This document shows, piece by piece, positions 26,386-36,475 of a stretch of DNA of 64,000 nucleotides. The position numbers and the translations under genes were made by a program. This DNA comes from Rhodospirillaceae bacterium. GTDB taxonomy: Bacteria > Pseudomonadota > Alphaproteobacteria > MPNO01 > VGEU01. The notes under the pieces are model-generated. The model worked only from the letters and a program-made list of their open reading frames with translations, did no database searches and was not told the DNA's origin. Location of the stretch: positions 21,316 through 85,315 of the forward strand of contig JBFWQM010000001.1 in NCBI GenBank assembly GCA_050249455.1, read 5' to 3'. Position 1 is the stretch's first letter; each line of letters starts with the position of its first letter.

Positions 26386-27174
26386 ATGTCCGACAACCAC
26401 GGCCGCTTCGTCTGGTACGAGCTCCTGACCACCGATCCCGCCGCGGCGGCGGCGTTCTACAGCCACGTCGTCGGGTGGACGACGGAGGCCATGAGCGTCC
26501 CCGGCATCGACATGCCCTACACGATGTTCAAGCGCGGCGACGCGCCGGTGTGCGGCCTGATGGCCCAGCCGCCGGAGGCGCGGTCGGCCGGCGCGCCGCC
26601 CGCCTGGCTCGGCTATGTCGGGGTCGATGACGTCGATGCCGCGGCGGCGCACGCGAAGGACCTCGGCGGGGCATGGCTGATGCCCCCGATGGACATCCCG
26701 ACCGTCGGGCGCTTCGCGGTCGTCGCCGACCCGCAGGGCGCGGCGCTGGGCGTCTTCCGCTACACCTGCGAGAACCCGCCGCCGGCGCCCGAAATGATGG
26801 CAACTGGCACGGTCGGTTGGCACGAGCTCGTGACCGACGGCTGGCAGAAGGCGTTCGACCACTACGCCGCGCGGTTCGGCTGGACCAAGGCCGAGGCGAT
26901 GGACATGGGCCCGATGGGCACCTACCAGCTGTTCGCCGCTGGCGCGCACCCGATCGGCGGCATGATGAACCGGCCGCCCGGCGTGCCGGCGTCGTTCTGG
27001 CTCTACTACTTCGTGGTCGACGACATTGACGCGGCGATCGCGCGCCTGGGCGAACGCGGCGGCCAGGTCGTCAACGGGCCGATGGAGGTGCCGGGCGGCG
27101 CCTGGATCGTCCAGGCGCTCGACCCGCAGGGCGCCCTGTTCGCGCTGGTGGGCCAGCGGCGCGCCGCCGGTTGA
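26386..27174 (+). CDS. VOC (glyoxalase/bleomycin-resistance fold) family protein, two tandem domains
   Basis: 262 aa from ATG 26386. Two similar halves (FVWYELLTTD... and VGWHELVTDG...), each ending in DPQGAxFxL-like strands. Confidence 0.8.
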   Translation: MSDNHGRFVWYELLTTDPAAAAAFYSHVVGWTTEAMSVPGIDMPYTMFKRGDAPVCGLMAQPPEARSAGAPPAWLGYVGVDDVDAAAAHAKDLGGAWLMPPMDIPTVGRFAVVADPQGAALGVFRYTCENPPPAPEMMATGTVGWHELVTDGWQKAFDHYAARFGWTKAEAMDMGPMGTYQLFAAGAHPIGGMMNRPPGVPASFWLYYFVVDDIDAAIARLGERGGQVVNGPMEVPGGAWIVQALDPQGALFALVGQRRAAG

Positions 27175-27235
27175 CCGCCGCCGCCTGCTGTCGTTGACTC
27201 CCGTCCGGACGGCCGGCCGGGCGGGAGAGACGACG

Positions 27236-28270
27236 ATGTTCCTCAACAATGCGTGGTACGTGGCGGCGTGGGCCGACGAGATCGGGCCGGCGCCGCTCGG
27301 GCGCACGTTTCTGAACCAGCCGGTGGTGCTGTTCCGCACCGCCGACGGCGCCGCCGCGGCGCTGGAGGACCGCTGCTGCCATCGCCATCTGCCGCTGTCG
27401 ATGGGCAAGGTGGTGGGCGCCGAGCTCGAATGCGGCTACCACGGCCTGCACTTCGACCGCACCGGGCGCTGCGTCGCGGTGCCGGGCCAGCCTCGGGTGC
27501 CGCCCGGCGCTGCGGTGCGCGCCTATCCCCTGGTCGAGCGCTGGGGCTGGGTGTGGATCTGGATGGGCGATCCGTCGCGCGCCGACCCGGCGCTGATCCC
27601 GGACTGGTGGTTCATGGACCATCCCGACTGGAAGGTCGTGCCGGGCAACGGCAGCAAGCCGATCCATGCCCGCTGCAACTACCAGCTCATCACCGACAAC
27701 CTGCTCGACCTCAGCCACGTCGGCTACGTCCACGTCGACACCATCGGCAGCGACTCGATCATGCGCTTCCCGATCCGCACCGACCGCGGCGCCGACCGTG
27801 TGACGATGTCGCGCCTGATGCCCGACGTGACGCCGCCGCCGCTGCACCGCACCGCCGGCGGCTTCAAGGGCAACGTCGACCGCTGGATGATCGTCGAGGC
27901 GCGGGTGCCCTGCTATGTCGACGTCGACGTCGGCAGCGCCGAGGTTGGGTGCGGCGCGCTGGAAGGCAACCGGCTGCAGGGCATCGCCTACCACGCGCTC
28001 AACGTGCCGACGCCGGAGACCGCGACGACGACGCACTTTTTCTACGGGCACGCGCGCTACTACCTGACCGACAGCGCCGCGATCGACGAGATGTACCGCC
28101 GCGACTTCCTGAAGATCTTCATGGAGGACGTGGTGGTGATGGAGGCGCAGCAGGCGGCGATGGACCGCATGCCCGACCGCCCGTGCGTCGACGTCAACGG
28201 CGACGCGCCCACCATCGCGATGCGCCGCCTCCTCGGCGACCGCATTGCAGCAGAGGCGGCGGGAGCCTGA
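27236..28270 (+). CDS. Rieske [2Fe-2S] non-heme-iron oxygenase, VanA-like alpha subunit
   Basis: 344 aa from ATG 27236. Rieske motif CCHRHLPLS...CGYHGLHF, and a C-terminal catalytic domain with NLLDLSHVGYVH. Confidence 0.85.
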   Translation: MFLNNAWYVAAWADEIGPAPLGRTFLNQPVVLFRTADGAAAALEDRCCHRHLPLSMGKVVGAELECGYHGLHFDRTGRCVAVPGQPRVPPGAAVRAYPLVERWGWVWIWMGDPSRADPALIPDWWFMDHPDWKVVPGNGSKPIHARCNYQLITDNLLDLSHVGYVHVDTIGSDSIMRFPIRTDRGADRVTMSRLMPDVTPPPLHRTAGGFKGNVDRWMIVEARVPCYVDVDVGSAEVGCGALEGNRLQGIAYHALNVPTPETATTTHFFYGHARYYLTDSAAIDEMYRRDFLKIFMEDVVVMEAQQAAMDRMPDRPCVDVNGDAPTIAMRRLLGDRIAAEAAGA

Positions 28271-28374
28271 ACGCGGCGCCGGCCGTCGAGCAATTGCCTT
28301 GACTCGTGAACGATATTCACCTGTGCTTCGGGTCAGAAGGGCCGACAGGCCCCGCAAGACAGGGAGTGATCACG

Positions 28375-29457
28375 ATGGGCAATCCTCAATTGCGCAGTGC
28401 GTTGCTTTGTCTCGTGGGGGCCGCGGCCCTGTTCGCCGCCGGCGCGCCGGCCCGCGCGCAGCAGACCCTCAACCTGACCGCCGTCGACGGCTACCCGCCG
28501 AAATCGTCGTGGGTGCGCGACTTCATCCACTACTTCATCCCTGAGGTCGACAAGCGGCTCGCCCAGCAGGGCAAGTACAAGATCGCCTGGAACCAGGCGT
28601 GGAGCGGCCAGATCACCAAGGTCCGCTACGTGCTGGAAGGCCTGCAGAAGGGGCTCGGCGACATCGGCATCGTCACCTCCGTCTTCCATGCCGACAAGGT
28701 GCCGCTGCAGAACATCTCCTACGTCGTGCCGTTCGTCAGCGCCGACCCGCGCGTGATGACGCGCATTATGGACGACCTCGCGGCGAAGTTCCCGGCGTTC
28801 AAGGACGCATGGGCGCCGTACAACCAGGTCTACCTGACCAACGGCTGCGTGCTCGATTCCTACCAGCTCTTCACCAAGCAGCCGGTCAAGGCGCTCGACG
28901 ACCTGCGCGGCATGAAGATCGCCGGTGCCGGCGAGAACCTGCGCTACATCCACGGCCTCGGCGCCGCCGGCGTGTCGACCAGCCTGGTGGAGAACTACAA
29001 CAAGCTGCAGACCGGCGTCGTAAACGGCGCCATGCTGTGGGCGGAATCGGTGGTGCAGTTCAAGCTGGTGGAGGTCGCGCCGCACATGCTGCAGGCCGAC
29101 ATCGGCGCCGCCTGCTCCAAGACCATCACGATGAACGCCGATGCGTGGAAGAAGCTGCCGGCGGAGGTGCGCGACGTCATCGCCGCCGTCGCCATCGGCT
29201 ACCGCGACGTGATGGCCTCGAACGCGGTGAAGGAAGGCCAGGAGGCGCTGGACGATTTCAGGAAGGCGGGCGGCAAGATCGTCGAGCTGCCGCGCGCCCA
29301 GCGCGAGGCGTGGGCCAAGAGCATGCCCAACCTCGCCGAGGAATGGGTCGGGCGGCTGGAGCCGAAGGGCATTCCGGCACGCCAGATCCTGGCGGCCTAC
29401 ATGGATGCGATGCGCGCCGCCAACCAGCCGATCGTCCGCCACTGGGACCGCGAGTAG
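28375..29457 (+). CDS. TRAP transporter substrate-binding protein (DctP family)
   Basis: 360 aa from ATG 28375, with AGGGAG upstream and a signal peptide ending APARAQQ. DctP-like core (LRGMKIAGAGEN, YNKLQTGVVNGAM). Followed by small and large TRAP permeases. Confidence 0.8.
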   Translation: MGNPQLRSALLCLVGAAALFAAGAPARAQQTLNLTAVDGYPPKSSWVRDFIHYFIPEVDKRLAQQGKYKIAWNQAWSGQITKVRYVLEGLQKGLGDIGIVTSVFHADKVPLQNISYVVPFVSADPRVMTRIMDDLAAKFPAFKDAWAPYNQVYLTNGCVLDSYQLFTKQPVKALDDLRGMKIAGAGENLRYIHGLGAAGVSTSLVENYNKLQTGVVNGAMLWAESVVQFKLVEVAPHMLQADIGAACSKTITMNADAWKKLPAEVRDVIAAVAIGYRDVMASNAVKEGQEALDDFRKAGGKIVELPRAQREAWAKSMPNLAEEWVGRLEPKGIPARQILAAYMDAMRAANQPIVRHWDRE

Positions 29458-29476
29458 GGGCGCGCGGGCGCGCACC

Positions 29477-30025
29477 GTGTCCGCGGTCGCGCCGCGGGAG
29501 GAACGGCAAGGCGCCGCCTCCCGCGCGCTGGTCCTCGTCCTGTCGGCGCTCAACGGCCTCGGCACGCTGTGGGTGCTGCTGCTGCTGGTGCTGATCAACG
29601 CTGACGTCGTGTCGCGCAACCTGTTCAACGCCCCGATCGACGGGGTGATCGAGATCATCGAGCTGTCGCTGGTCGCCATCGTCTTCCTGCAGCTGGGCGA
29701 CGCGACGCGGCGCGGCCGGCTGACCCGCTCCGACAGCTTCCTCGCGCTCCTGATGGCGCGATCGCCGCGCGCCGGCCGCATGCTCGCGGCCGCCTTCGAC
29801 CTGCTGGGCGCGACGTTCATGGCTATCATCCTGTACGGGACGTGGCCGCTGTTCCTCGACGCGGCGCAGAAGGGGCATTACGTCGGCAACGCCGGCGTGT
29901 TCACCGCGCCGACTTGGCCGATCAAGCTCATCATGATGATCGGCTGCGTGATGACGATCCTGCAGTTCGCGTCGGTCGCCTGGCGGCTGATGCGTGGCGT
30001 GGAGGGCCGGCATGGGGCCGCTTGA
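29477..30025 (+). CDS. TRAP transporter small permease (DctQ family)
   Basis: About 182 aa, four hydrophobic segments, located between dctP-like and dctM-like genes. GTG 29477 is the proposed start. Confidence 0.7.
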   Translation: MSAVAPREERQGAASRALVLVLSALNGLGTLWVLLLLVLINADVVSRNLFNAPIDGVIEIIELSLVAIVFLQLGDATRRGRLTRSDSFLALLMARSPRAGRMLAAAFDLLGATFMAIILYGTWPLFLDAAQKGHYVGNAGVFTAPTWPIKLIMMIGCVMTILQFASVAWRLMRGVEGRHGAA

Positions 30026-31334
30026 GATCAGCCTCGCGTCGATCATCGTCATCATTGTCCTGATCTATTCCGGCCTCTACATCGCGGTCGCGCTCGGCCT
30101 GGTGTCGTTCGTCGGCGTCTGGATCATGCGCGGCAACATCGACCTGCCGGTCAACCTGCTGGCGCTCGCCGCCGCCGATACGGTGTCGCACGAGGTGTTC
30201 GCCGCCGTGCCGCTGTTCGCGCTGATGGGATTGTTCGTCAGCCGCGCCGGCATCGGCGCCGACATCTATCGGGTCGCCAACTTCGTGTTCTTCCACATCC
30301 GCGGCGGGCTGGGGATCGCCACGGTGGCGGCGAACGCGGTGTTCGCCTCGATCACCGGCTCGTCGATCGCCTCGGCGTCGGTGTTCACCCGGGTCTCGGT
30401 CCCGGAGATGCGGCGGTTCAACTACGGCACGCGGTTCTCGCTCGGCGTCGTCGCCGGCAGCTCGGTGCTCGGCATGCTGATCCCGCCCAGCGTGATGATG
30501 ATCATCTACGGCATCGTCACCGAGCAGTCGATCGGCCACCTGTTCATCGCCGGGATCATCCCGGGCCTCGTGCTGGCGGCCGCCTACAGCGTCGCCATCG
30601 TCGGCATGGCCTATGCCTTCCCGCAATTCGTCGGCGGACGGCGCGAGGCCGCGGCGGACGGCGGCGACGGCTGGGCGCCGCTGTCGGCGTGGGACGTGGC
30701 GGTCAACCTGTTCCCGGTCGGCCTCCTGGTCGTCGTCGTGCTGGGCGGCATCTACGGCGGCATCGTGACGCCGACCGAGGCGGGCGCCGCCGGCGCGGCG
30801 CTGGCGCTCCTGATCGCGCTGGCGCGGCGGCGGCTCGACTGGCGCGGGTTCTGGGAGTGCCTGGTCGAGACCGGCTACATCACCTCGACCATCCTGTTCC
30901 TGATCATCGCCGCCTCGATCTACAGCCGCATGCTCGGCATCGCCGGGCTGCCGACGATGTTCGGGGCGTGGCTGGAAGGCCTCGACCTCGACCTCGTGAC
31001 GGTGATGGTGTTCTACGTGATCCTCTTGATTATCCTCGGCACCATCATCGACACCGCCTCGATCATCCTGGTCGTGGTGCCGCTGTTCATGCCGGCGCTG
31101 GAGCCGTTCAACATCAACCTGATATGGTTCGGCGTGGTCACCGTGATCGGGGCGGAGATCGGGCTCCTCACCCCGCCGTTCGGCATCTCGTGCTTCGTGA
31201 TCAAGAGCACGCTCGACGATCCGTCGATCAAGCTCGGCGACATCTTCTACGGCGCGCTGCCGTTCGCGGCGATCATGCTGGCGGTGCTGATCCTGATCAT
31301 CGCCTACCCGCAGCTCAGCCTCGCGCTGCTGTGA
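30012..31334 (+). CDS. TRAP transporter large permease (DctM family)
   Basis: About 440-aa polytopic membrane protein. ATG 30012 is preceded by GGAGGG and overlaps the dctQ-like stop. Confidence 0.85.
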   Translation: MGPLEISLASIIVIIVLIYSGLYIAVALGLVSFVGVWIMRGNIDLPVNLLALAAADTVSHEVFAAVPLFALMGLFVSRAGIGADIYRVANFVFFHIRGGLGIATVAANAVFASITGSSIASASVFTRVSVPEMRRFNYGTRFSLGVVAGSSVLGMLIPPSVMMIIYGIVTEQSIGHLFIAGIIPGLVLAAAYSVAIVGMAYAFPQFVGGRREAAADGGDGWAPLSAWDVAVNLFPVGLLVVVVLGGIYGGIVTPTEAGAAGAALALLIALARRRLDWRGFWECLVETGYITSTILFLIIAASIYSRMLGIAGLPTMFGAWLEGLDLDLVTVMVFYVILLIILGTIIDTASIILVVVPLFMPALEPFNINLIWFGVVTVIGAEIGLLTPPFGISCFVIKSTLDDPSIKLGDIFYGALPFAAIMLAVLILIIAYPQLSLALL

Positions 31335-31899
31335 CGCCGGCGTTGAACGTGACCCCCAGCTTCTCCAGCGTTCCCGGCGCCGCCGGGTCGATCGCGGCGA
31401 CCGTCGCGCGCGTCGCCGGCGTGTAGTCCACGCCGTCGGCCTGGCTCAGGTCGCCCGACGCGATGATCTGCAGCATGCCCTCGCCGTCGCCGACGTTGCG
31501 GAACGATCGGCACACGCCCGGCGGGATGGATATGGCGTCGAGCCGGCCCAGCACGACGCCTTCGGAGCCGTCGTCGTTCCAGCGGAACTCGAAGCGCCCC
31601 TCCATCACGGTGAACGTCTCGTAGCTGTGGTAGTGCGCGTGCAGCGATGCGCCCTGGCCGGCCGGGCAGATGGCGTAGGAGATGCGCATCTCCCCGGCGC
31701 CTGTGATCGGCGCCTGGCTGTTCATCGTCACCCCGCGGCCGCCGGCCATGCCGACCACCGGCAGGATGGTGCGCGCCCAGATCAGGTCGGTGGCGGCCTG
31801 CGGCGCCACGTTGGCCGCCTGCGCCGGCAGCCGCTTCAGTTCGCCGTAGCGCGCGATCCGCGGCGCCATCTCCGCGGCGGTCATTCGTTCCGTCTTCAT
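31315..31899 (-). CDS. cupin-domain protein
   Basis: 194 aa from ATG at 31899. Metal-site-like GQGASLHAHYHSYETF and IPPGVCRSFRNVG are typical of a cupin barrel. Its 3' end overlaps dctM by 20 nt. Confidence 0.65.
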   Translation of the reverse strand: MKTERMTAAEMAPRIARYGELKRLPAQAANVAPQAATDLIWARTILPVVGMAGGRGVTMNSQAPITGAGEMRISYAICPAGQGASLHAHYHSYETFTVMEGRFEFRWNDDGSEGVVLGRLDAISIPPGVCRSFRNVGDGEGMLQIIASGDLSQADGVDYTPATRATVAAIDPAAPGTLEKLGVTFNAGVTAARG

Positions 31900-32054
31900 G
31901 GGCGCGCTCTCCTTGTCGTGCCGGTGCGTCTGCGATGTTGACCGCAAGCCGGGCCGACGGCAATCCCGCGGTGCGGGCCTGCGCCAAGGTCCGATTTGCC
32001 GGTGCGCGGACGCAGGTGCATTATCGGCTCATAAAAAGCCAGGGGGAGGCGGCG

Positions 32055-33110
32055 ATGAGCGACTGGCGGACGAACGCGATGGCGGCACTTGCGTGCGGGG
32101 CGGTGGCGATGGCGCAGCCGGCGGTCCACGCCGAAACGGTCGACGAACTCTACCAGAAGGCCAGGGCCGAGCAGGCGCTGGTCTTCTACAGCGGCGGGCC
32201 TGTGGCCCCCTACGAGCAGTGGGCCAAGGAATTCAAGGAGCGCTTCCCCGGGATCACCGTCTCGATCAGCGGCGGGTTCAGCAACGTGCTGAACGAAAAG
32301 ATCAACCAGCAGCTTGCCGCCGGGAAGCTCGAGGTCGACCTGGCGATCCTGCAGACCGCGCAGGATTTCGTGGCATGGAAGAAGGTCGGCGCGCTGATGC
32401 GCTTCGAGCCGGAAGGCATCGAAAAGGTCGACCCGCGCTTCCGCGACGCCGACGGCACGTTCACTGCAACCAGCGTGATCCTGCTGTCCTACGCCTACAA
32501 TCCCAAGCTGGTGGCCGCCGGCGACGTGCCCAAGGGCGCCCTCGAATTCCTCAAGCCGCAGTTCGCCGGCAAGGTCGTCGCCGCTTACCCGCACGATGAC
32601 GATGCGACGATGTTCGTGTTCCACGACATCGTGAAGAAGCATGGCTGGGACTACATGACGAAGTTCATGGCGACCAAGCCGACCTTCATCCAGGGCCATC
32701 TCGGCGTGCTGCGCAGCATCGCCGAGGGAAAGCATACCGTAACGTTCGATTCCACCAGCTCGACAACCGCCGGCCTCAAGGCCGCCGGCCAGCCGATCGA
32801 ATTCGCGTTCCCGGAATCGGAGATCATGCCGGTGTTCTACGTCACCGCGGGCATCTTCAAGGACGCGCCGCATCCCAATGCGGCGAAGCTCTTTCTCACT
32901 TGGTACCTGGCGAAGGAGCAGCAGAGCCGGCTCAGCTCGTACTCGCCGCGAACCGACGTGCCGCCGCCGGCCGGCCTGAAGCCCCTGTCGGCCCTGAACA
33001 TCGACTATGGCTACCGCGACTTCGTAACCGACGAGGCGCTGATGGCCGACCTGCGCAAGCGCTTCGAGGCGTATACCGGGCCCGTCGTGAATCGCGGCGG
33101 CGTGCGCTGA
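32055..33110 (+). CDS. periplasmic solute-binding protein (ABC family-1 / iron(III)-type SBP-like), orphan
   Basis: 351 aa from ATG 32055, with GGGGGAGG upstream and a signal peptide ...AMAQPAVHA. No cognate permease or ATPase gene is adjacent. Confidence 0.7.
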   Translation: MSDWRTNAMAALACGAVAMAQPAVHAETVDELYQKARAEQALVFYSGGPVAPYEQWAKEFKERFPGITVSISGGFSNVLNEKINQQLAAGKLEVDLAILQTAQDFVAWKKVGALMRFEPEGIEKVDPRFRDADGTFTATSVILLSYAYNPKLVAAGDVPKGALEFLKPQFAGKVVAAYPHDDDATMFVFHDIVKKHGWDYMTKFMATKPTFIQGHLGVLRSIAEGKHTVTFDSTSSTTAGLKAAGQPIEFAFPESEIMPVFYVTAGIFKDAPHPNAAKLFLTWYLAKEQQSRLSSYSPRTDVPPPAGLKPLSALNIDYGYRDFVTDEALMADLRKRFEAYTGPVVNRGGVR

Positions 33111-33136
33111 GGCGCCGGCGTCGCGCCGGTCGCGCG

Positions 33137-34438
33137 CTATCGCGCCCGGCTGCGCACCGATTCCGCCGCTGCTTCGGCCGGCGGCGTGACGCGGACGGAG
33201 GTGATCTGGTTGCGCTGGCGGCGCAGCACCTCGAAGCGGAAGCCGTGGAAGATGAAGGTCTGGTTGACCTCCGGGATGATCCTGGCCTGGTGGATGACCA
33301 GTCCGGCAACGGTCGCCGCGACGTCGTCGGGCAGGTCCCATTCGAACAGCCGGTTGAGGTCGCGCACGGTGACGCTGCCGTCCACCAGGTAGCTGCCGTC
33401 GCGCTGCGGGCGCACGCCGATCGGCACGATGTCGTGCTCGTCGGCGATGTCGCCGACGATCTCCTCCAATATGTCCTCCAGGGTCACGTGGCCCATCAGC
33501 GAGCCGTATTCGTCCACCACCAGCGCAAAGTGCTCGCGCCGCTGGCGGAAGCTCTGGAGTTGGCGCAGGAGGGACGTCGATTCCGGGATGAACCACGGCT
33601 CCGCCGCCATGCCGGCCACGTCCAGCGTCTCCACGCCGCCCTGGTGCGACCACACCGCGCGCAGCACCGCGCGCGCATGCAGCACGCCGATGATGTTGTC
33701 GGGGTCGTCGCGCCACAGCGGGATGCGGCTGTAGGGGCTCGCCACCACCTGCTCGACGATGGCGCGGGCGCCCAGGTCGGCGTCGATCGTCATCGTGTCG
33801 CGGCGATGGCGCATCACCTGCGCGACCCCGACCTCGTCCAGGTCGAGCACGCTGCGCAGCATCGCGCGCTCCTGGCGCACCGTCGCGCCTTCGCCGCGGT
33901 GCAGCTCGATCATGCCGCGCAGCTCCTCCGGCGTCGCCGCGAGCTCCTTCTCGGTGGCGATGCGCACGCCGAACAGGCCGAACACGCCGCGGATCGCCAC
34001 CAGCAGCGTGTGCGTGACCGGCGACAGGAGGCGCACCAGCGGCCACAGCGGCCGCGACGCCGCTAGCGCGACCCCGTCGGAATGATGCAGGGCGTAGGTC
34101 TTCGGCATCACCTCGCCGAACACCAGGATCAGCAGGGTCATCGCGATCGTCGCGTAGACCACCCCGGCGTCGCCGAACATCTGGATCAGCGCGCTGGTCG
34201 CCAGCGCCGAGGCCAGGATGTTGACCGCGTTGTTGCCCAGCAGGATCGCGCCGATCACCCGCTCGCGATGCTCGCTCAGCCGGTTGACCAGCCTCGCGCG
34301 GCGGTTGCCGGCGCGCTCGAGCTGGTACATCCGCGCCCGCGACGCGGCGGTGATCGCGGTCTCGGAGGCGGAGAAGAAGGCGCTGGCGCCGACCAGCAGC
34401 AGGACGGCGGCGACGGTGGCGATGGGAATGTCGTGCAT
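33137..34438 (-). CDS. HlyC/CorC-family transporter (DUF21-CBS pair-CorC_HlyC)
   Basis: 433 aa from ATG at 34438. The N-terminal DUF21 region has FFSASETAI. CBS-pair region follows, then C-terminal CorC domain (DGSYLVDGSVTVRDLN...). Confidence 0.85.
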   Translation of the reverse strand: MHDIPIATVAAVLLLVGASAFFSASETAITAASRARMYQLERAGNRRARLVNRLSEHRERVIGAILLGNNAVNILASALATSALIQMFGDAGVVYATIAMTLLILVFGEVMPKTYALHHSDGVALAASRPLWPLVRLLSPVTHTLLVAIRGVFGLFGVRIATEKELAATPEELRGMIELHRGEGATVRQERAMLRSVLDLDEVGVAQVMRHRRDTMTIDADLGARAIVEQVVASPYSRIPLWRDDPDNIIGVLHARAVLRAVWSHQGGVETLDVAGMAAEPWFIPESTSLLRQLQSFRQRREHFALVVDEYGSLMGHVTLEDILEEIVGDIADEHDIVPIGVRPQRDGSYLVDGSVTVRDLNRLFEWDLPDDVAATVAGLVIHQARIIPEVNQTFIFHGFRFEVLRRQRNQITSVRVTPPAEAAAESVRSRAR

Positions 34439-34460
34439 CTCGTCTCCGCGGTTGGGCGGA

Positions 34461-35576
34461 TCAGGCGGCGAGCGCGGCCCGCAGCAGCGCGGCGACATCG
34501 CCTTCGGCGACGTCCTGGGTCAGGTACGCCTGGCCAATGCCGCGCGCCAGCACGAAGGTGAGCCGGCCGTCCTGCACCTTCTTGTCCTGGCGCATGTGGT
34601 CGATCAGCGCCTCCGGCGCCGCGCGCGCCGCCGCGGTCCGCGCCGGCGCCGTCGGCAGGCCGACGGCCGACAGGTGGCGGCGCACCCGCGCGGCGTCCGC
34701 CGCCGGGCACAGCCCCAGCCGCGCCGACAGGTCGAACGCCAGCACCATGCCCAGCGCGACGCCCTCGCCGTGCAGCAGCGCGTCCCCGAACCCGGTCTCG
34801 GCCTCCAGCGCGTGCCCGAACGTATGGCCGAGGTTAAGCAGCGCGCGGCCCGCCGCCTCGCGCTCGTCGGCGCCGACGATGCGCGCCTTCGACGCGACGC
34901 TGGTGACCACCGCGCGGCGCACCGCCGCCTCGTCGCCGCCGATCACGCTTTGTCCGGCGCGCTCCAGCCAGTCGAAGAATGGCGCGTCGTCGATCAGCCC
35001 GTACTTGGCGACCTCGGCGTAGCCGGCGCGCAGCTCGCGCGGCGGCAGGGTGCGCAGTACCTGGGTGTCGGCGAGCACCAGCCGCGGCTGGTAGAACGCG
35101 CCGACCAGGTTCTTGCCGTGGCGGGTGTCGATCGCGGTCTTGCCGCCGACCGAGCTGTCGACCTGCGCCAGCAGGGTCGTCGGCACCTGGATGAAGTCGA
35201 TGCCGCGCAGGATGATGCTGGCGGCGAAGCCGGCCAGGTCGCCGATCACCCCGCCGCCCAGCGCGATCAGGGTCGACCGCCGCTCCGGCCGGGTGTCGAG
35301 GACCGCCTCCACCAAATGCTGCAGCCCGGCGAACGACTTCGCCTGCTCGCCCGGGGCGATCTCGATGACGTGCGTTTCCACCCCGGCGGCGGCGAGCGAG
35401 GCGCGGAACGGCGCCAAATGCAGCGCCGCGACGTTGCTGTCGGTGATCACGATCGCCGGCATCCGGCGCACGAACGGGCGGATCAGCGCGCCGGCCCGCG
35501 CGATCAGGTCGTTGCCGACCACGACGTCGTAGCTGCGCGGGCCCAGCTCGACGCGGATCGTCTCGGCCGCGCTCAC
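34461..35576 (-). CDS. aroB: 3-dehydroquinate synthase
   Basis: 371 aa. GGGVIGDLAGFAA, VPTTLLAQVDSSVGGKT and LNLGHTFGHALE motifs. Confidence 0.9.
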   Translation of the reverse strand: MSAAETIRVELGPRSYDVVVGNDLIARAGALIRPFVRRMPAIVITDSNVAALHLAPFRASLAAAGVETHVIEIAPGEQAKSFAGLQHLVEAVLDTRPERRSTLIALGGGVIGDLAGFAASIILRGIDFIQVPTTLLAQVDSSVGGKTAIDTRHGKNLVGAFYQPRLVLADTQVLRTLPPRELRAGYAEVAKYGLIDDAPFFDWLERAGQSVIGGDEAAVRRAVVTSVASKARIVGADEREAAGRALLNLGHTFGHALEAETGFGDALLHGEGVALGMVLAFDLSARLGLCPAADAARVRRHLSAVGLPTAPARTAAARAAPEALIDHMRQDKKVQDGRLTFVLARGIGQAYLTQDVAEGDVAALLRAALAA

Positions 35577-36130
35577 GTCGCCGCCTCGGTGCGCGCGGCG
35601 TGGTCGCGCAGCGCCTCGATCACGCGGTCGACGGTGGCGTCCGGCGGCTCGCGCGTCCCGTCCACCACGAGGTCGGCCTCGGCATAGGCCGGATAGCGCT
35701 CGGCCATCAGCCGCTTCAGCACCTCGCGCGGGTCGCCCTTCTTGAGCAGCGGGCGGTTGTTGCGCCGCCCCACCCGGTTGAGCAGCAGGTCGAGGTCGGC
35801 GCGCAGCCAGATCGACGTCGCGTGCGCCTTCACCGCGGCGCGGGTCTCCTGGTCCATGAACGCGCCGCCGCCGGTGGCGATCACCTTCACCGGCCCGCTC
35901 AGCAGCCGCGCGATCACCCGGCGCTCGACGTCGCGGAACGCCGGCTCGCCGTAGATCACGAAAATGTCCTCGATGGAACAGCCGGCCGCCGCCTCGATCT
36001 CGGTGTCGGCGTCGGCGAATTCGAGCCCCAGCCGCTCGGCCAGGCGCGCGCCGATGCAGGTCTTGCCGGCGCCCATCAGGCCGACCAGCACGACCGGGCG
36101 CAATATCGGCGGGTTCGGGGCCGGGGACAT
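35573..36130 (-). CDS. aroK: shikimate kinase
   Basis: 185 aa from ATG at 36130. P-loop GLMGAGKT, DTEIE, and GGGA. Overlaps the aroB start by 4 nt. Confidence 0.9.
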   Translation of the reverse strand: MSPAPNPPILRPVVLVGLMGAGKTCIGARLAERLGLEFADADTEIEAAAGCSIEDIFVIYGEPAFRDVERRVIARLLSGPVKVIATGGGAFMDQETRAAVKAHATSIWLRADLDLLLNRVGRRNNRPLLKKGDPREVLKRLMAERYPAYAEADLVVDGTREPPDATVDRVIEALRDHAARTEAAT

Positions 36131-36179
36131 CGCGTCGTCAGGACCAGTGGACCGGGCCGGTTTCGCAGGGCCAGTGTCG

Positions 36180-36208
36180 TTGAACGGAATCAGGCCGGCC
36201 GCTACACT
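36180..36208 (+). promoter_or_regulatory. putative sigma70-like promoter (TTGAAC-N17-TACACT)
   Basis: Lies in the divergent aroK / small-ORF intergenic region. Sequence match only. Confidence 0.3.
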
Positions 36209-36334
36209 GCGGCCGCACCACGGGTCATGCCCGGGGCCGAAAATATAGGACGATTCACCGGCCGTGTCGCCCCTCTTTCGGCCCGATCCCCCCGCCGGCC
36301 CGGGTGGCGAACGGCCGGGTTGCCGGAGTCCGAC

Positions 36335-36475
36335 ATGATGAAGTTTACGGCGATGGTCGTCGTCGTCGCGGTCGTGGCGCTGCTCGGCGGGCTGGTGTTC
36401 CTGTCGATGTGGGACATCCCGCCGCCGTCGAAGCAGGTGGAGAAGGTCATCCCGAATGACCGCTTCCAGCGCTAG
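36335..36475 (+). CDS. small (46 aa) single-pass membrane protein
   Basis: [46 protein letters not shown] has one clean TM helix plus a polar tail. It overlaps the next gene's start by 20 nt. It is the 3' end of an otherwise off-frame-looking track ORF. Confidence 0.5.
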   Translation: MMKFTAMVVVVAVVALLGGLVFLSMWDIPPPSKQVEKVIPNDRFQR

